Source: a virus (taxonomy: Duplodnaviria; Caudoviricetes). Taken from it: a stretch of DNA of 52,848 nucleotides. The position numbers were made by a program, and so were the translations under genes. The notes under the pieces were generated by a model. The model saw only the letters and a program-made list of their open reading frames with translations. It was not told where the DNA came from and did no database searches. The stretch lies in the IMG/VR virus record IMGVR_UViG_3300007960_008803, positions 1-52,848 of that record. One strand, given 5' to 3'. Below are positions 1-9,983 of this stretch, one piece after another (positions within the stretch are counted from its first letter, which is position 1; each line of letters begins with the position of its first letter).

Positions 1-1809
1 GGAGCAAAAAGAAAAAAAGGAATTTTAGATAAAGAGGTTGATCAATTAATTGAATATGGAAAAATGATTTTAAAATCTTTGCCAAAAACAATATCCGAAG
101 CAGATGAGACTGAAACAGGTCCAGAAACAGCAGAAGAAAGTGTTAATTTGCAACCACTTCACGACTTCATTAATTTTATCGTTGGTGGTAAGTTAGAAAC
201 ATCAAATAAAGATGATATACAAGGTGAACTTGAAAACGTTAAAACAATTCTCAAAGTATTTCCAAACGTTGCACCATTTGGCTCTGCCGATGGACCTGAA
301 CTTAATAAGTACGAAGATGAGTTTCAAAAAGCAATAAACACACATTTAAAAACAGCAATTGCAAATTTTAAATCTTTAAATTCAGTCGATGGCGGAGAAG
401 TTGCAATTGAAGGATTAAGAACAGCATTGATTCAATTTCTTGGAAATGGATTATCAATTCTTGGAAAAGGTGTAAACGGAGAAGATATTGAAAATTTAGG
501 AAGAGAAGAAGCGATTGATCCTAAAGACGAAACAGCAGAAGTTAGTGATTTATCTCCTGAAGCAATAATGGCAGAATTAGGCTTAGATACTTCAGAAGAA
601 GGCAAAATAACTACTACAAGTGATGAAGAGACCGCATTTAAAATTATGAATTCAATTTTTTATAGATTTCAAGATGAGAGGTTCAACGACCTACGCAAAA
701 TAGAAAACTTTATTTATGATTATGTTAAAAAAGATGAAGACAATTGGTTGAAAAAATTAGCGAAAGGAACACTTAGAAGTCTTCCTTTTATGGTTAGAGA
801 ATCAAATGAAAATCAAAATTTTAAAGATAAGTTTTCTGAAAACTTTATAAATAAAATAAAAGAAATGTGGGTAAAATGGAAAAACAATAAAAACAAAAAT
901 GAATTAAGAACAGCAGCAAAAGAATTGGCCAAATATTCTAATGAAATGTTAACTAAGTATCAAACACTATCTGATAATGAAGGTAGAACGAACACCGGAG
1001 CACAACTATCAAATATGTTCCGAGATTTATATTCGTATACTCAATCCAAATACAATTCAGAAGAAAAGGATATTCATGATGGATTTAAATCCTCAGAAAT
1101 TAACAAGAAAGTGCATAAAGCTTTAAAGCTAATAAATGATAACATTAATAAAGTTGATTATAAAATATTTTTAAAGACATTGACAAAAATTGACCTAAAA
1201 GATTTAGATGATAATAATCTAAGAAGAATAGAAAATATTTCCGAAAAGATTTTTAAAAAACCTCACTTTATCGAACACTTTAAAATCAATAGTGTTATGA
1301 AAGATGATTCGGGCAATCTTGTGCTTGTTGGGACCAAAAACAAAATTGATAATAAATATCCAACTTTTCCTTTTGTGAAAGATAACCTTGATAAAATAAC
1401 CACTTCAATTTCTAAATGGTGGAACAATCTTACCAATCTTAGTTTAGAAGAATATCAAAAAAATGACTTAGTGTACACACTACTTGAATTAAAAAATGAG
1501 ATATTAGAAAAAAAATATGAAATATCTGAAAATTTTGAAGTAGGCACGATCACATATTCTAAAAGGGAAATAGTACAAATTACTAAAATTGAAGAACAAT
1601 CAGAAGGCATACTAACAGTCACATTGAAAAAAGAAAATAACGATAATTCACAAGACATGAGCTCCTCCGTAGGTAGTCTAACCCACTATTTGGAAATGAA
1701 ATCAGAAGTTAGAGAATCAAAAAATCATAAAATTCAATTTAAACTAGAAAAACTAGTTGAAAATTACATTAACAAAAGGAAACAACAATGGCGAAAAAGA
1801 ACTATGTGA
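1..1809 (+). CDS. Hypothetical phage protein, 5'-truncated (acidic N-terminal part, Lys/Asn-rich helical part)
   Basis: Frame 1 is open from base 1 (GAKRKKGILDKEVDQLIEYGK-MIL...), so the true start is probably upstream of the window. No family motif recognised. Confidence 0.75.
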   Translation, partial: GAKRKKGILDKEVDQLIEYGKMILKSLPKTISEADETETGPETAEESVNLQPLHDFINFIVGGKLETSNKDDIQGELENVKTILKVFPNVAPFGSADGPELNKYEDEFQKAINTHLKTAIANFKSLNSVDGGEVAIEGLRTALIQFLGNGLSILGKGVNGEDIENLGREEAIDPKDETAEVSDLSPEAIMAELGLDTSEEGKITTTSDEETAFKIMNSIFYRFQDERFNDLRKIENFIYDYVKKDEDNWLKKLAKGTLRSLPFMVRESNENQNFKDKFSENFINKIKEMWVKWKNNKNKNELRTAAKELAKYSNEMLTKYQTLSDNEGRTNTGAQLSNMFRDLYSYTQSKYNSEEKDIHDGFKSSEINKKVHKALKLINDNINKVDYKIFLKTLTKIDLKDLDDNNLRRIENISEKIFKKPHFIEHFKINSVMKDDSGNLVLVGTKNKIDNKYPTFPFVKDNLDKITTSISKWWNNLTNLSLEEYQKNDLVYTLLELKNEILEKKYEISENFEVGTITYSKREIVQITKIEEQSEGILTVTLKKENNDNSQDMSSSVGSLTHYLEMKSEVRESKNHKIQFKLEKLVENYINKRKQQWRKRTM

Positions 1810-3125
1810 TTGATACCTCGGTTTTCTTAACCGACTCATCATGTCTTTATAAACTTGGCAACAATGATTTGTTCATTGCTTACAAAGTTCTCGAAGAAAT
1901 TGACAAACATAAAAAACGTCAAGATTCCGTTGGATTTCATGCAAGACAGATCATTAAAACCCTTGACGAATTGCGCGAAAAGGGTTCTTTAAGCAAGGGA
2001 ATAAAGCTTGGCAAGGGTTTGGGCACCCTCAAAGTTGAAGAGGCAAAAAAGGACCTTCCTGGCTTCTTATCAATGCAAGTTCCCGACCATCAAATCCTTG
2101 GTGTTGCTCTTGCTGTTCAAGAACAATTCCCAAAGAGAAAGACGGTAATGATTTCTCGCGATATCAACATGCGAGTCATTGCTGATGCCATTGGTCTTTT
2201 GTCCGAGGACTATGAAACAGGAAAAGTTATTGAAGATGCTGAAAAGATTTACACTGGCTTTCTTGAATTAGTTGTTGATGATGAATTAATTGAACAGTTC
2301 TATAGTGACGAACCAATTCATTTTGACGAAATCTTTCAACAAGAAAGAAAGATCAAGTTGTATCCAAATCAATTTCTTATTCTTACTTCCTCTTCAAATC
2401 CAAAGAAATCAGCCCTTGCTCGTTTTGTTTTGGATGAAAAACCCATAGAGAAAATAAGAGATGATGTTAAGAACTTAACAATGGGTATTATTCCAAGAAA
2501 TAAAGAACAAAAGTTTGCTTATGATCTTCTTTTTGATGATTCAATTAAATTTGTTTCTCTTATTGGAAAAGCTGGTTCTGGAAAGACCTTAATGGCAATT
2601 GCTGCCGGAATGGAACAAACACTTTCCTTAAAGAAAACAAACAACAAATATAGAAAGATTGTTGTTTCTCGTCCCGTTCAACCTCTTGGAAAAGACATTG
2701 GATTCTTGCCCGGAACCATGCATGAGAAAATGCTTCCTTGGTTAATGCCTATACAAGATAACTTGGAGACTATTTTAGGAAAAGATAATGTTTATTTGGA
2801 TGAATATGTTGCAAGAGGAAAGATTCAAATCGAAGCTCTTACCTATATCCGTGGTCGTTCTATTAATAACGCATTTATTGTTATTGACGAGGCTCAAAAC
2901 TTAACCGCACATGAGGTTAAAACTATACTTACTCGTGTTGGAGAAGGAACAAAAATTGTTCTTACAGGAGATATTGAACAGATTGATAATATCTATACAA
3001 ATGAAACCTCAAATGGTTTAACTTATGCTGTTGAAAAATTTAAGTCTCATGACATTTCAGGACATATAACTTTCTTAAAAGGTGAAAGATCTCGCCTTGC
3101 AACGATTGCTTCAAAAATTCTTTAG
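1788..3125 (+). CDS. phoH: PIN domain-PhoH family ATPase (PhoH2/YlaK-like)
   Basis: N-terminal PIN motifs (YVIDTSV, VLEEID, PDHQIL, SRDINMR); Walker A GKAGSGKT; PhoH motifs GFLPG, YIRGRSI, IDEAQN, LTRVGEGTKIVLTGD. Confidence 0.93.
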   Translation: MAKKNYVIDTSVFLTDSSCLYKLGNNDLFIAYKVLEEIDKHKKRQDSVGFHARQIIKTLDELREKGSLSKGIKLGKGLGTLKVEEAKKDLPGFLSMQVPDHQILGVALAVQEQFPKRKTVMISRDINMRVIADAIGLLSEDYETGKVIEDAEKIYTGFLELVVDDELIEQFYSDEPIHFDEIFQQERKIKLYPNQFLILTSSSNPKKSALARFVLDEKPIEKIRDDVKNLTMGIIPRNKEQKFAYDLLFDDSIKFVSLIGKAGSGKTLMAIAAGMEQTLSLKKTNNKYRKIVVSRPVQPLGKDIGFLPGTMHEKMLPWLMPIQDNLETILGKDNVYLDEYVARGKIQIEALTYIRGRSINNAFIVIDEAQNLTAHEVKTILTRVGEGTKIVLTGDIEQIDNIYTNETSNGLTYAVEKFKSHDISGHITFLKGERSRLATIASKIL

Positions 3126-3142
3126 TTTGATTAAAAAAGATT

Positions 3143-3150
3143 CTATTTAT
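3143..3150 (+). promoter_or_regulatory. Candidate phage late-promoter motif CTATTTAT, just upstream of a sigma70 promoter
   Basis: Same octamer as in the intergenic gaps before 27995 and 48063. Confidence 0.35.
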
Positions 3151-3154
3151 TTCC

Positions 3155-3183
3155 TTGACAAATTTATACTTCCGTGTTATAAT
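3155..3183 (+). promoter_or_regulatory. Sigma70-type promoter (early/middle)
   Basis: TTGACA(3155-3160), 17 bp spacer, TATAAT(3178-3183), with extended -10 TG; GGAG precedes ATG 3207. Confidence 0.9.
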
Positions 3184-3206
3184 TACATTACTACTTTGGA
3201 GAATAA

Positions 3207-3878
3207 ATGAACTGGTTAGAAGAGTCTGTAAAAAGATCAAAAAAACTAAAGGATCATTATATGTTAGGTGACGTAAACATCTATATCAAAGACCAACTAC
3301 CTCAAGAGATTGATGTAGATTTTGTTATTCGTTATGTTGCTAAACATCTTCCTAACCATGTTTTATCAAATATTGATATAATCTATATTGGACAATTTCA
3401 AGATCTTATTGATCGAGATATTAATGCTCTATGGCAAAATGGAGCAATTTATATTACAAACAAACAAGATTCTGAAATGGATATGATCGATGATCTAATC
3501 CATGAAATTGCTCATTCAAATGAAAAGCAATTTGAACAAATAATCTATGAAGATGGAAAGCTTGAAAGAGAGTTCCTCTATAGAAGAAAGAAATTAGCTT
3601 TTATTTTGAAAGATCAAGGTTTCGGCACACCAACAGGTTTTATTTACAATATTGATTATGATAAAGACATTGATGATTTTCTTTATGAAAAAGTTACCTA
3701 TGATGTTTTGTGGCAATTGATTCCTGGGATCTTTCCTTCACCTTATGCTGTTACCTCGTTAAGAGAGTATTGGGCAAAAGGTTTTGAACAGTTCTATATG
3801 GGCAAACGCGAAGAATTAAAAGAAACTTCACCAGTTTTGTTCTCCAAGTTAATGCAATTACATGACTTGGAGGATTAA
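3207..3878 (+). CDS. Putative zinc metallopeptidase-like protein (HEXXH zincin)
   Basis: LIHEIAH motif plus downstream SPYAVTSLREYWAKGFE, resembling the Y...E-x-F/W-A third-ligand segment of zincins. Confidence 0.6.
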   Translation: MNWLEESVKRSKKLKDHYMLGDVNIYIKDQLPQEIDVDFVIRYVAKHLPNHVLSNIDIIYIGQFQDLIDRDINALWQNGAIYITNKQDSEMDMIDDLIHEIAHSNEKQFEQIIYEDGKLEREFLYRRKKLAFILKDQGFGTPTGFIYNIDYDKDIDDFLYEKVTYDVLWQLIPGIFPSPYAVTSLREYWAKGFEQFYMGKREELKETSPVLFSKLMQLHDLED

Positions 3879-4652
3879 ATGCATATATCATATTCAGAAC
3901 TTAAAACGTGGTCCGAGTGTGCTTGGAAACACAAACTAATCTATTTAGATAAAATAAAGAAATTCGTTGGAAACGAATACACAGCCTTTGGAAGATCTCT
4001 TCATCTTTTGTGCGAACATGCAATTGAAGATAAGATCCAAGAAGAAGATTACGATGACTTTTGGGATTTTACGTTTGAAAAAGAGATTGAAGAACTTTTA
4101 AAACAAGATGTTGAGTTGGAACAAAATGTTGTAACAATAATGTCTGATCAAGCAAAGAAAATTGCTCCTCAAATAATTCCTGAGGTAATCAAAACATTCA
4201 AAAATTATGAAGTGTTTTCTGTTGAGGAAAAACTATACATTGACATTCCTGAACTAGAAGAATGTAAGTTTAAAGGTTTTATTGATTTGGTATTAAAAAC
4301 AGATGATGGAAAATACCACATCATTGATTGGAAGACATGCTCTTGGGGTTGGGATGCTCAAAAAAGAACAGACAAATATATTACCTATCAATTGACCCTT
4401 TATAAAAAGTTTTTTTGCTTAAAGCATAACATTGAACCAAAATTAGTTGAGACTCACTTTGCTTTATTAAAAAGAACAGCAAAGAAAGATAATGTTGAAA
4501 TCTTTCGTGTGACTTCAGGACCTCGCAAGATTCAAAATGCAACAGATCTTCTGGTAAAGGGTGTAAAGTCTATTTTTAACAAAGCTCACTTCAAGAATAG
4601 AGGGTCTTGTTCTCTTTGCGAATTTAGAAACACCGAACACTGCCCAAGATAA
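3879..4652 (+). CDS. PD-(D/E)XK exonuclease, Cas4/AddB-like, with probable Fe-S cluster cysteines
   Basis: HISYSEL..W.ECAWK, GRSLH, E-x-K-L, FKGFIDLV...IIDWKT, QLTLY, C-terminal CSLCEF...HCP. Confidence 0.88.
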   Translation: MHISYSELKTWSECAWKHKLIYLDKIKKFVGNEYTAFGRSLHLLCEHAIEDKIQEEDYDDFWDFTFEKEIEELLKQDVELEQNVVTIMSDQAKKIAPQIIPEVIKTFKNYEVFSVEEKLYIDIPELEECKFKGFIDLVLKTDDGKYHIIDWKTCSWGWDAQKRTDKYITYQLTLYKKFFCLKHNIEPKLVETHFALLKRTAKKDNVEIFRVTSGPRKIQNATDLLVKGVKSIFNKAHFKNRGSCSLCEFRNTEHCPR

Positions 4653-4686
4653 AATAAATTTTTTTTTATTTTTTTTTAAAAAAAGT

Positions 4687-4715
4687 TTGACAACCTCGAA
4701 ATTATGTGTTATAAT
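4687..4715 (+). promoter_or_regulatory. Sigma70-type promoter driving the glycosylation/sigma-factor operon
   Basis: TTGACA(4687-4692), 17 bp, TATAAT(4710-4715), with TGTG extension; pure A/T tract upstream (4651-4684); RBS AAGAGGTGA before TTG 4737. Confidence 0.9.
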
Positions 4716-4736
4716 ACAAATAAAAAGAGGTGACAA

Positions 4737-5981
4737 TTGTCAAAAATAAAAATATTAACACTTTCCGACCATCCTCTATCACCTTCCGGCGTTGGAACTC
4801 AAACAAAATACTTTTGTGAGAGTCTACTCAAAACTGGAAGGTATTCTATTATAAGTTTGGGTGGCGCAATAAAACATCATGATTATACACCAAAATTGGT
4901 TGATCCTTATGGTCAAGATTGGAAAATAATTCCCGTTGACGGATACGGGACGCAAGAAATGATCCGTTCAATAATTAAGACTGAAAGAATTGAATTACTT
5001 TGGTTTATGACTGATCCCCGCTTTTGGGGTTGGTTATGGGAGATTGAAAATGAAATTAGACCACTTTGTCCGATGGTTTATCACCATGTTTGGGATAACT
5101 TTCCTGCACCTTATTTTAATAGGGACTTTTACTTATCTAACGATCACATTGTCACTATTTCTAAAGTTACTGATGAAATTGTTAGAACTGTAGCACCGGA
5201 AGTTCCTTGCACATATTTACCTCATTCGGTAAATTCAGATATCTTTAAACCTTTGTCTGATCTTCAAATTAAAGAGATTCGCGAAAGATCTCTGCAAGAA
5301 GAAGATCGGGAAAAGGTTATTTTCTTTTGGAATAACAGAAATGCTAGAAGAAAACAATCTGGAACTCTTGTATGGTGGTTTAAAGAATGGCTTGATAAAG
5401 AAAATCTTCATGATAAAGCTGCATTAATAATGCATACAGAACCAAAAGATCCACACGGACAAGACCTAGAACATATTATAGAGCATTTAGGTCTTAAAGA
5501 TAGACAAATTATGTTATCAACCAAAAAACTTCCTCCTGAACAATTGGCACAACTTTACAACATGGTTGATTGTACAATTAATATATCAGATGCTGAGGGT
5601 TTTGGTTTAGCCACACTGGAATCGCTTTCCTGTGGAACTCCAATAATTGCCACAATGACCGGTGGTCTTCAAGAACAGGTCACGGATGGAGATGATGAAT
5701 TTGGAATTGGTATATTCCCAACATCTAAATCTATTATAGGGTCTCAACAAGTTCCTTATATTTATGAAGACAGAATAGACAAAGCACAGTTCCATTCTGC
5801 TCTTTCAAAGATTTATAAAATGGGCAAAGAAGGAAGAAGGCAACTTGGAACACTTGGCAGAGAATATGTTGAAGAAAATTACAATTTTTCTGAACTGCAA
5901 CAAAAATGGGTTGAGATAATTGATAAAGTTATGAAACAAAAAGGAAATTATAATGGAATTAGATTTAAGGAGGTCGCATAA
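4737..5981 (+). CDS. Glycosyltransferase, GT-B fold (GT4-like)
   Basis: N-terminal ILTLSDHP..PSGVG; NRNARRK; C-terminal LYNMVDC..NISDAEGFGLATLESLSCGTPII...TGGLQE (EX7E motif). TTG start with strong RBS. Confidence 0.9.
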   Translation: MSKIKILTLSDHPLSPSGVGTQTKYFCESLLKTGRYSIISLGGAIKHHDYTPKLVDPYGQDWKIIPVDGYGTQEMIRSIIKTERIELLWFMTDPRFWGWLWEIENEIRPLCPMVYHHVWDNFPAPYFNRDFYLSNDHIVTISKVTDEIVRTVAPEVPCTYLPHSVNSDIFKPLSDLQIKEIRERSLQEEDREKVIFFWNNRNARRKQSGTLVWWFKEWLDKENLHDKAALIMHTEPKDPHGQDLEHIIEHLGLKDRQIMLSTKKLPPEQLAQLYNMVDCTINISDAEGFGLATLESLSCGTPIIATMTGGLQEQVTDGDDEFGIGIFPTSKSIIGSQQVPYIYEDRIDKAQFHSALSKIYKMGKEGRRQLGTLGREYVEENYNFSELQQKWVEIIDKVMKQKGNYNGIRFKEVA

Positions 5982-7219
5982 TGAAAAAGAAAATATTTGT
6001 TAGAGGCCCTGTATTATCACAATCAGGTTACGGAGAACAGTCTAGGTTTGCTTTAAGAGCATTAAGAAGTCGAGAGGATTTGTTCGACATTTATATCCAA
6101 CCTATTGCCTGGGGTAAAACCGGATGGATTTGGGAAGATAACGAAATGAGAAAATGGATAGATGAAAGAATTGTACAAACACAAATTCTTTTACAACAAA
6201 AACAATTACAACCTGACATTTCTCTACAGATTACAATACCAAATGAGTTTCAAAAGATGTGTCCTGTAAATATAGGATATACAGCTGGAATTGAAACTAA
6301 CAAGTGCTCACCACAGTGGTTACCAAAATGTAATGAAATGGATAAAGTTTTAGTTGTATCAAATCATGCTAAGGTTTCTTTGATTGATACTGTTGCTCAA
6401 GCAACCAACAATCAAACTGGTGAGACATTTCCTTACAAATGCGAAACTCCTGTTGAAGTTGTTTGGGAGAATACCCAAAGACATGAACCTGAAGAAATCC
6501 CAGGTTTTAATTTAGACTTTGATAAAAACTTCCTTCTTGTGTCTCAACTTGGACCAAGAAAAAACTTTGAAAACACAATCACTTGGTTTGTTGAAGAGTT
6601 TATTGACCAAGAAATTGGTTTGGTTGTTAAGACCAATTTCAAAGGAAATTCAATTATGGACTTTACACAAGTTGAAAAGCACCTTAAATCCCTTCTTGGA
6701 CGCTACGAGAATCGCAAATGCAAGGTTTATTTGCTCCACGGGGACCTTACCCCTGGGCAAATGACTAGCCTCTATTGTAACCCCAAAATTAGCGCTTTAA
6801 TTAACATTGCTCATGGTGAAGGGTTTGGGCTTCCAATCTATGAAGCTGCTCGAGAAGGATTGCCTATTATTGCATGTGGTTGGTCTGGTCAAATGGATAT
6901 TTTAAATCACGGTGGCAAGGATTATTTTACCTCTGTTGAATATACTCTTCGACCTGTACAACAGCAAGCGCATTGGAAAGGTGTTATTGAACCTGAACAA
7001 ATGTGGGCATTTGCTGATCAAGGATCTTACAAAATGTCGTTAAGATATCTTGCAAAGAATCTTGACAAAGCGAGAGAACAATCAAAAGAATTGCAAGGCT
7101 TAGTTCTTGACAAGTTTTCTGATGAGAAGTTGTTTGAATTGTTTTGCGATTCAATTTACAGTCCTTCAAAAGAAGAATTAGAATGGTTAAACGATATTGA
7201 AGAAATGGTGATTATTTAA
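5981..7219 (+). CDS. Glycosyltransferase, GT-B fold (GT4-like)
   Basis: SGYGEQSR, GPRKN, HGEGFGLPIYEAAREGLPII (EX7E). TAATG coupling to the previous gene. Confidence 0.9.
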   Translation: MKKKIFVRGPVLSQSGYGEQSRFALRALRSREDLFDIYIQPIAWGKTGWIWEDNEMRKWIDERIVQTQILLQQKQLQPDISLQITIPNEFQKMCPVNIGYTAGIETNKCSPQWLPKCNEMDKVLVVSNHAKVSLIDTVAQATNNQTGETFPYKCETPVEVVWENTQRHEPEEIPGFNLDFDKNFLLVSQLGPRKNFENTITWFVEEFIDQEIGLVVKTNFKGNSIMDFTQVEKHLKSLLGRYENRKCKVYLLHGDLTPGQMTSLYCNPKISALINIAHGEGFGLPIYEAAREGLPIIACGWSGQMDILNHGGKDYFTSVEYTLRPVQQQAHWKGVIEPEQMWAFADQGSYKMSLRYLAKNLDKAREQSKELQGLVLDKFSDEKLFELFCDSIYSPSKEELEWLNDIEEMVII

Positions 7220-8961
7220 TGAAAAAATTATTATTCATTTCAGATTTTTTTAGTAATCAGATTGTTGGCGGAACTGAGAAAAACGACAATGTTTTGATTA
7301 ATTATTTAAAACAACACTTCGACTTAGCATATATTAATTGTAAAAAATTGACAGAAAGCATAGTCAACGCTCATGATTTGATAATAGTATCAAATTTTGT
7401 GCAATTGAGTGATGGAATGAAAGAGCTGATATCTACAAAAAAATACATTATTTATGAACATGATCACAAATATGTAAACACTAGAGACCCTTCAGTGTTT
7501 AGCAACTTTATTATCCCTAAAGAGAAAATAGTAAATAAGTTTTTCTATAAAAGGGCTTATAAGGTTATTACTTTGAGTAAAATTTGTCAAAAAATATTAA
7601 TAGAAAATTTAAATTTAAACAATGTTATCAATATTGGTACAAGTCTTTGGTCTAATGATGATTTGAATAAAATAGAAGAAATATTTCATAAAGAGGACAA
7701 TACAACTCACAGAATTTCTATTTTAAAAAGTGGTAATCCGATCAAAGGTTTTTCAGATTCAATCAAATTATGTGAAAAAAATAATTTAAAACCGAACATC
7801 ATAAAAACAACAAAACAAGAAGAAATATGGAAACAACTTTCCCAATCAGAAACGTTTCTTTTTGTTCCAAAAGTTTTAGAAACATTTTCTAGAATCACTT
7901 GTGAAGCAAAAATGCTAGGCTGTAAAGTTATGACTAAAAAAAGCAAAATAGGTTTTTTAAGTGAAGAATTACAACTAGAAGGCAAAGAATTAATATCTGA
8001 AATTAGAAGAAGAGTAGAAATTGCAAAAGAAACGTTTTTGCAGATTTTACTAGAACTTTCTGAAGACAAAAAAGTTATTTGTTTTATTGGAAAATTTGAT
8101 GAAATTTATGACGAAGAAGGAAAAGCCAGAGCATTAGAAGAAACAGGTTATAGAGTCTTAAGATTTGAAGAAAATAGGTTATTGAACAAAGAGCTAGTAT
8201 TAAGAACAAACCCAGACTTTCTGTTCTACACAAAATTGAGAATCAAAGAAAAAGAAAAACTTCTAATTCAATGTAAAGAAAAAAATATCACCACTGTTTG
8301 TTGGGTGCCTGACTTGTATTTTGGTCTAGAAAGAGAAAAGGAGCTATCATCAGATCCTATCTTTAAATCAGACTATGTCTTGACACCAGATGGAGGTAAT
8401 GAAGAAAATTTCAAAAAATTGAATATTAATCACCATTGTGTTAGACAAGGAATAAGCAAAGAATATCTTTCTAAAGATATAGAAGAGAAAGACATAGACA
8501 TTCTATTTGTAGGAACTTTACAAAAGTGCCATTTACCATATAGAAAAAATTTATTAGACTTTTTGAAAAAAACTTATTCTAATAAATTTCAATGGTTTGG
8601 AAACACAGGAGACAGGGAACTAAGAAACGATAGTTTGGCTAAAGTTTACAAAAGATCTAAAATAGTTATTGGTGAATGTGTCGAATCTGACAATTATTGG
8701 TCTAATAGAATTTATGAAGCATTAGGTAGAAATTCCTTCTTGATTCATCCTTATGTGAAAGGGATAGAAAAAGAGTTTAATGTTGAAAAAGAGTTAATAA
8801 CTTTTGAGAGAAACAATTTCGAAGATTTAAAAAATAAAATTGACTACTACCTAGAAAATGAAAAAGAGAGAAACTTTATTTCTTCTAATGGGTACAAAAA
8901 AGTATCAGAAAATGATTTATTATTGAATCGTTCAAACACAATAAAGGAATTATTATCATGA
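7219..8961 (+). CDS. Two-domain glycosyltransferase (GT-B-like N-half plus CgeB/Glyco_trans_1_2-like C-half)
   Basis: N-half: GGTE, ETFSRITCEAKMLGC. C-half: DILFVGT...YRK, LAKVYKRSKIVI, WSNRIYEALG...FLI, KIDYYLENEKER..I...GY. Confidence 0.8.
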   Translation: MKKLLFISDFFSNQIVGGTEKNDNVLINYLKQHFDLAYINCKKLTESIVNAHDLIIVSNFVQLSDGMKELISTKKYIIYEHDHKYVNTRDPSVFSNFIIPKEKIVNKFFYKRAYKVITLSKICQKILIENLNLNNVINIGTSLWSNDDLNKIEEIFHKEDNTTHRISILKSGNPIKGFSDSIKLCEKNNLKPNIIKTTKQEEIWKQLSQSETFLFVPKVLETFSRITCEAKMLGCKVMTKKSKIGFLSEELQLEGKELISEIRRRVEIAKETFLQILLELSEDKKVICFIGKFDEIYDEEGKARALEETGYRVLRFEENRLLNKELVLRTNPDFLFYTKLRIKEKEKLLIQCKEKNITTVCWVPDLYFGLEREKELSSDPIFKSDYVLTPDGGNEENFKKLNINHHCVRQGISKEYLSKDIEEKDIDILFVGTLQKCHLPYRKNLLDFLKKTYSNKFQWFGNTGDRELRNDSLAKVYKRSKIVIGECVESDNYWSNRIYEALGRNSFLIHPYVKGIEKEFNVEKELITFERNNFEDLKNKIDYYLENEKERNFISSNGYKKVSENDLLLNRSNTIKELLS

Positions 8962-9983
8962 TAATAGGAACAGTAGCATTGTCTACAAACCAAGGATTAG
9001 GATATCTTGTTAGAGATTTTTACAGGAATGGCTTGATTCAAAAGGTATTGATACAATCTCATGCAGATAAAAAAAACAATCCTGACTGGTTTAATAAAGA
9101 AGTAATTGATCTAGATGTCTGTGCTGATTGGCCATATTCCAAAACTATTTCAAAAGAAAATTTAATTAAAATAACGTCATTTTTAAAAGAAATAAACATT
9201 TTATTATTATTTGAAACACCTTTTTATCTAGATATTTTTAAATTAGCCAAATCTGTCGGTGTTAAGACAATTTTATTTCCCATGTATGAAATTACACCGT
9301 TTCCCATGTATCCAGATGCATTTATCACAACATCAGATTTAGACCATCAATACTATACAAAACTTTATCCTAAAATAAAGTCATATAGAATCAACATTCC
9401 AGTGCCTTCTGAGATTAAATGGAATAAAAGAAAAACGGCAAAAACTTTTATTCATAATTCTGGAAACGGAGGAACATATGGTAGAAACGGAACAAGTGAA
9501 CTAATAGAGTCTATGGAATATGTGAAAAGTCCAATAAAATTAATAGTCAGAAGCCAAAAACCTATTGAAATTCCAAAAGACAGTAGAATTGAAGTAATTA
9601 ACAAAAGTGTAAAATTTGAAGATTTGTGGTCTTCTGGAGATGTCTTTATCTTTCCAGAAAAATTTAATGGACTATCTTTACCTATTCAAGAAGCTTATGC
9701 AAGTGGATTAGCTGTTATGTGTGGAGATAGATTTCCTATGAATCAGTGGCTCCCTAAAGAGATTCTAATACCAGTTGAAAATTATGAAACCAAAAACATC
9801 ACAAACGTTAAGTTTAAATCTGCAATATTTTGCAAAAAAAATATTGCAAAAACTATAGATATATGGTACAATAAAGAAATAGAGGAAATCTCTATTAAAG
9901 GAAAAAAATGGTACGAAGAAAACAATTGGTCTACTCTCAAACAAAAGTACTTAAATATTTTTCAAGAGGTTATTAATGGGTAG
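8958..9983 (+). CDS. Glycosyltransferase, GT-B fold
   Basis: QGLGYL at N-terminus; GDVFIFPEKFNGLSLPIQEAYASGLAV, a variant of the GT4 C-terminal signature. Confidence 0.78.
   Translation: MIIGTVALSTNQGLGYLVRDFYRNGLIQKVLIQSHADKKNNPDWFNKEVIDLDVCADWPYSKTISKENLIKITSFLKEINILLLFETPFYLDIFKLAKSVGVKTILFPMYEITPFPMYPDAFITTSDLDHQYYTKLYPKIKSYRINIPVPSEIKWNKRKTAKTFIHNSGNGGTYGRNGTSELIESMEYVKSPIKLIVRSQKPIEIPKDSRIEVINKSVKFEDLWSSGDVFIFPEKFNGLSLPIQEAYASGLAVMCGDRFPMNQWLPKEILIPVENYETKNITNVKFKSAIFCKKNIAKTIDIWYNKEIEEISIKGKKWYEENNWSTLKQKYLNIFQEVING

Noticed and set aside
3879-4652. CRISPR-Cas locus suggested by the Cas4-like nuclease
   Set aside because: No repeat-spacer array and no cas1/cas2 or effector genes seen.
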